Positions 60,259 to 64,000 of a DNA stretch of 64,000 nucleotides are shown one piece after another. Numbering within the stretch: the stretch's first letter is position 1; each line of letters begins with the position of its first letter. The notes under the pieces are model-generated. The model did no database searches and had not been told where the DNA came from. It worked only from the letters and a program-made list of their open reading frames with translations. The stretch lies in sequence record LR756504.1. One strand, given 5' to 3'. The translations under genes were made by a program, and so were the position numbers.

Positions 60259-61366
60259 TGAAAAACTTAACTACCTTTTCACCTATATATTTAATCTGAC
60301 TACCAGATAATTCTGGATATGATGGTAATATAAGACACTGAGAATTTAGTAAATCTGCATTTTTAGTTTCACATTTAATATTCTTTAAATGTTCATGATG
60401 TTTTATTGAATAGAACATTGGTCTTGATTCAATAGAATTAGAATATAAATATAATTCCAATTCTTTTTTTATCTTTTGATTAATAGTAGGAAATCTGACA
60501 CCGAACATCCACATTGAATGTTGAGTACCATCTTCACTTTTTTGATATTGTAGCAATCCTTTTTCGACTAAATAATCCAACTTAATTTTATATTCTGTTA
60601 TTACATTATGTTTCAATGATGTTATAGTTTCCAAGTCTTCCATTTGACCGTAAAGTAGAGCAGCTTGAATATTAGTCATTCTATAATTATATCCAAGATA
60701 TTTATGAATATATCTAATATTGGATTGACCCTGTGATTTGATATTGTTGATATATTCGAATAATTCTTCGTCTTGTATTAAAACCGCACCTCCTTCACCA
60801 CATGTAATTGTTTTATTCCCAAAGAAACTAATTGAACTCATTAATGATTCTGTACCAGAATGCACTAAATTACCATCTTTAGAATATTTACCTAAAAATC
60901 CTTCACAATTATCTTCTAGTATTGGTGTGTTTGGAAATCTCTCTTTAAGTTTTGGTATGTTAATAATATTTCCAACATTATGAACTGCTAATATTGCAGT
61001 ATATTCATCAATATGTTTTTCTATTTCATCAAGATTGTAATTCCAAGTATCTAAATCTGCATCAATTGGAATTAACTTATATTTAGGACCAAATATAAAA
61101 CTGTTCCAAGCAGCTACATAAACGTTGTTTGGAACAATTATTCTATTGATTTTCGGGTGTTTAAATTTTAAACCTAATGCTAATAAATGTGTAGCCGTAG
61201 TACCATTATTTGTTAGCACTACATATTTACTATTGGTGATTTCTTTTAGTTTATTTTTTGATAAATCTAAATAATCGCCAACAGATGAAATCCAAGTAGA
61301 ATCTATTGCTTTATGGGCATGATATAAATTCTTTTCGTTTAAAAAAGGTTTATAAATTGGTATCAT
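60251..61366 (-). CDS. DegT/DnrJ/EryC1/StrS sugar aminotransferase (perosamine synthetase-like)
   Basis: WISSVG, NGT.A.HL, EDNCE, SFFGNKTITCGEGG, GYNYRMTNIQAA, LPSYP. Confidence 0.92.
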   Translation of the reverse strand: MIPIYKPFLNEKNLYHAHKAIDSTWISSVGDYLDLSKNKLKEITNSKYVVLTNNGTTATHLLALGLKFKHPKINRIIVPNNVYVAAWNSFIFGPKYKLIPIDADLDTWNYNLDEIEKHIDEYTAILAVHNVGNIINIPKLKERFPNTPILEDNCEGFLGKYSKDGNLVHSGTESLMSSISFFGNKTITCGEGGAVLIQDEELFEYINNIKSQGQSNIRYIHKYLGYNYRMTNIQAALLYGQMEDLETITSLKHNVITEYKIKLDYLVEKGLLQYQKSEDGTQHSMWMFGVRFPTINQKIKKELELYLYSNSIESRPMFYSIKHHEHLKNIKCETKNADLLNSQCLILPSYPELSGSQIKYIGEKVVKFFNV

Positions 61367-61674
61367 TAATATGTTTTATGTTTTCTTTGGATATTTTTAC
61401 CATCATCTAAATCATCACCTCTAAATTTAGCTTCTACTAAATTAACTATTTTTTGATCAATTTCATCAATTAATTGATTTCTTTGAACATTAAGGTCACA
61501 TGCTTTTTTTAAACCCTCCCATAATAATTCAGCACCTTTTTCATCTGCGAAATATTTAGTTTTATACTCATCAAATGTCATTCTTCTGATTTCATATAAC
61601 AATTCTTGATTATCCCACATTTTCATATCAACTGTTATGAGTTTGTCCATTAAACTTCCTAAAGTGTCTGCCAT
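61366..61674 (-). CDS. DUF4254-like helical protein
   Basis: TLGSL.DKL.....K.W, LN.QRN.LI.EID; start MADT at 61674. Confidence 0.7.
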   Translation of the reverse strand: MADTLGSLMDKLITVDMKMWDNQELLYEIRRMTFDEYKTKYFADEKGAELLWEGLKKACDLNVQRNQLIDEIDQKIVNLVEAKFRGDDLDDGKNIQRKHKTY

Positions 61675-61691
61675 AGTTTTATATTTATTTT

Positions 61692-62294
61692 TTATTTTAT
61701 TATTTTTGTAGCAGGTATTCCAACATAAACACCTGGTTCGATTATACTTTTTAAAACACATGCACCTGCTCCTATAGTTGAATCAGATGTAATGTTTATT
61801 CTTTCTTTTGATGATGACCCTGTACCAAAATATACTCTATCTCCTATTAAACAATTACCACTTATATGAACACCTGGTGCAGTGGTAAAATAATCACCTA
61901 TAATACAATCATGTCCTATAGTAGTAGCTAAATTCAATTGTACAAAATCTCCTATTTTTATATCTGCTGTTATTATACTATTTGCACATATAACAGCACC
62001 CTTACCTATTTGTATATTTAAAGATGATATAACAGCATTTGGATGAATTAGTGAAATCCATTCAACATTTGGATTTTCTCTTACTATTTTTTCTCTTATT
62101 TTTGGAGAACCTATACCTAATACACCGTAATGTTTATACGTATCGTAATATTCAACTGTTTTTACTGGTAATCCTAAAATATCACTATTTTCTTTAACAT
62201 CTATAAAGGCATCTACGATATATTTACAATCAAGTGCTAATGCATACACTTCTTTAGCAAATCCACCTGAACCAAAAATACATATTTTTTTCAT
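61692..62294 (-). CDS. NeuD/PglD/PerB-family sugar acetyltransferase
   Basis: IFGSGGFAKE, LIHP.A, hexapeptide repeats, IGHD, GIPA. Confidence 0.92.
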   Translation of the reverse strand: MKKICIFGSGGFAKEVYALALDCKYIVDAFIDVKENSDILGLPVKTVEYYDTYKHYGVLGIGSPKIREKIVRENPNVEWISLIHPNAVISSLNIQIGKGAVICANSIITADIKIGDFVQLNLATTIGHDCIIGDYFTTAPGVHISGNCLIGDRVYFGTGSSSKERINITSDSTIGAGACVLKSIIEPGVYVGIPATKIIK

Positions 62295-62299
62295 GTATA

Positions 62300-63190
62300 T
62301 TAATTATTTTTTATAACTGACGCTATAACATTAAAAATATCTTGATAAGAATTCATATTGCGACTATGTAATATTTTAGCCGTTCTTTTTTCATACCAAT
62401 TTGTTATAATATTATTATAACTAAAACTCAAAAAAGTTTTGTCAGGATTTAGTATATTTTCTTTTATATAGCAAAATGTATATGTTCCTGAATCTCTTCC
62501 TATAATAATATTACATTTTAATGAAATATATGAATTTTCATTTAAGTCATTTTCTGATGATTTAATAATATCTTCCGTATAGAAAACATTGCTTTCATTT
62601 ACAATATTCCCCATTTTATTACTTAATAAGAAGTTATGTTCTGGAAATGTTTTAGATAGTTGTAATATCAGTGGATTAAAATCAAAATTAAATGATTGCC
62701 CAGATAAAGTATTACCATTTGATATTAAAATACATGGATTGTTCTTTTTATTAAAAAATTCATCTATATGTTCAGTTAAACATTTACTAAAATCTATAGA
62801 TGGTAAAAATGTTTGTTCATCAAAATCATTAATATTTATTCCAAATATTTCTTGAAAATAAAAACCAAATAGATTGTATAAACTAATAAATGTGCATTCT
62901 TGAAAAAATTTTCTATGTCCTGAACAATACCAAGTATTTATATAAATAGTATCATCTACTTTTTTATATGACATTAATTCTTCTTGAATAATAGTATTAT
63001 TTTTTATATCATTGGGTAAGAATGTTAAATTCAAATCTTTTGTTAAATTACTATCATTTTTATGTGTATAGAAATAATTGAATTGTGGAAATTTATCAAT
63101 AATAAATTTTAAAAATCCTCTTGAAACATGCACATCACCATTATGAAAATGATTAAAGAATACTATATTTTTTATATTATCTAAAATCAT
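62300..63190 (-). CDS. Putative glycosyltransferase
   Basis: HNGDVH.SR N-terminus, IGRDSG C-terminal motif (GT-B/GT9-like); cluster context. Confidence 0.5.
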   Translation of the reverse strand: MILDNIKNIVFFNHFHNGDVHVSRGFLKFIIDKFPQFNYFYTHKNDSNLTKDLNLTFLPNDIKNNTIIQEELMSYKKVDDTIYINTWYCSGHRKFFQECTFISLYNLFGFYFQEIFGININDFDEQTFLPSIDFSKCLTEHIDEFFNKKNNPCILISNGNTLSGQSFNFDFNPLILQLSKTFPEHNFLLSNKMGNIVNESNVFYTEDIIKSSENDLNENSYISLKCNIIIGRDSGTYTFCYIKENILNPDKTFLSFSYNNIITNWYEKRTAKILHSRNMNSYQDIFNVIASVIKNN

Positions 63191-63507
63191 ATGATACCAT
63201 CTATTTTTCTTTTTCTTTGTTCTGCTTTAGCAATATTAAATATATCTTTTTGATTTATATTAATAATTTTTATTTTTTTAAAATATTCATTAAAATTTTC
63301 ATCAAAGATTTTAAACTTGATTTCAAATGTATTTAAATCAATATATGATGTATTAAGTTTAATAATATTAATATTAGACAATTCACGAATCATAATACTA
63401 CTTGGGCTTACCATTAATAACACATCATCATATATAAAACATTTACATTTCTCATCAGTAGTTCCAAAATATGTTAATTTACTAACATCTATATTATCTA
63501 TTTTCAT
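63187..63507 (-). CDS. Hypothetical protein with C-terminal RKRKIDGII motif
   Basis: 106-aa ORF. Confidence 0.55.
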   Translation of the reverse strand: MKIDNIDVSKLTYFGTTDEKCKCFIYDDVLLMVSPSSIMIRELSNINIIKLNTSYIDLNTFEIKFKIFDENFNEYFKKIKIININQKDIFNIAKAEQRKRKIDGII

Positions 63508-64000
63508 TAAATATTTTTATAAATTATTCTTGTATCGTCATCGATGATTAAATCTAAATCATACCCTATTCCCCATAAACCTCTGCTATCGGAATTGGAA
63601 TAAACTGGAAAATGAATAGTGTGTGCATCACCTAAATAAGCTGCCCACCAACTGAATGTGGAATGTGATATTACTAATTTTTTTGCATTTCTAAGAAAAT
63701 AATAATCTTCTAATGCACTATTACTAATTATTTTACATCCTTCTGATTCTAATTTTTTAATATCTTCGTGTGTTGGTTCATCAGTGACTATGTAACAATT
63801 ATCGAACGATTCTGATTTTATAGTATTATAATAATAGTCAAACCCTAAATAGTTTTTACCTATATTTTTATAATCACCCAATCTTATATGAACGACTAAA
63901 TCATTATTACCTGGTTTTTTCCAAGTATCATTTTCGATATAAAACCAATTTTTAAGTTTTTCTTTATGTCCTTTAATTAATTCATATCTTTGAAAATATC
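63507..64000 (-). CDS. GT11 (alpha-1,2-fucosyltransferase-like) glycosyltransferase, 5'-partial
   Basis: The frame stays open beyond the tracked TTG: YFQ...VHIRLGDY...D...L...K.LVISHSTFSWWAAYL. Confidence 0.85.
   Translation of the reverse strand, partial: YFQRYELIKGHKEKLKNWFYIENDTWKKPGNNDLVVHIRLGDYKNIGKNYLGFDYYYNTIKSESFDNCYIVTDEPTHEDIKKLESEGCKIISNSALEDYYFLRNAKKLVISHSTFSWWAAYLGDAHTIHFPVYSNSDSRGLWGIGYDLDLIIDDDTRIIYKNI

Noticed and set aside
113-62855. Many short ORFs in the track (e.g. 113..469, 1171..1380, 3652..3921, 13096..14148, 22963..24878, 32751..34148, 36193..37820, 53546..53921, 57378..58730, 62589..62855)
   Set aside because: They are antisense or out-of-frame shadows of well-supported genes and have no motifs
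1-64000. Stop-codon recoding (code 15 or 4) as in some large phages
   Set aside because: Core genes are full length under the standard code, and TAG (e.g. 48055) and TGA (e.g. 10714) end genes normally
1-64000. tRNA, rRNA or group I intron sequences
   Set aside because: None recognised by eye and intergenic spaces are short and AT-rich; tRNAscan/Infernal were not run

Overview
A very AT-rich 64-kb segment of a T4-superfamily jumbo (huge) myophage genome, read with the standard genetic code. It carries most of the virion module: gp26/gp51-like baseplate hub, tail tube gp19, a 1248-aa sheath gp18, terminase, major capsid gp23, a gp21 protease fused to a repeat-containing scaffold, portal gp20, gp2, gp4, the late sigma factor gp55 and gp15. 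Replication and recombination genes include gp46, gp44, a T4-type RNase H and RNase HII. Three Hef-like free-standing endonucleases, two DNA adenine methyltransferases and many accessory genes are interspersed, and the window ends in a nucleotide-sugar/glycosyltransferase cluster. TAnnTTTG promoters, the lack of obvious Shine-Dalgarno motifs and a ClpS point to a Bacteroidota host (inference). Late genes are preceded by an (A/T)ATATATA motif. The most unusual observations are: (1) a candidate ~100-nt intergenic transcript, bounded by a promoter motif and a terminator, that is complementary to 23S rRNA helix 69; (2) a C-terminal RxxKIxx(L/I)(L/I) motif on seven unrelated small proteins; (3) T4-type capsid-targeting N-termini on several enzymes; (4) a four-member S-C-(M/Q) protein family, two members of which share a C-terminal domain and a 26-nt exact repeat with an M28-like peptidase; (5) a DUF2201 metallopeptidase-vWA protein with an inserted OmpA-like domain. 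All family assignments come from recognising motifs by eye; no database searches were run.
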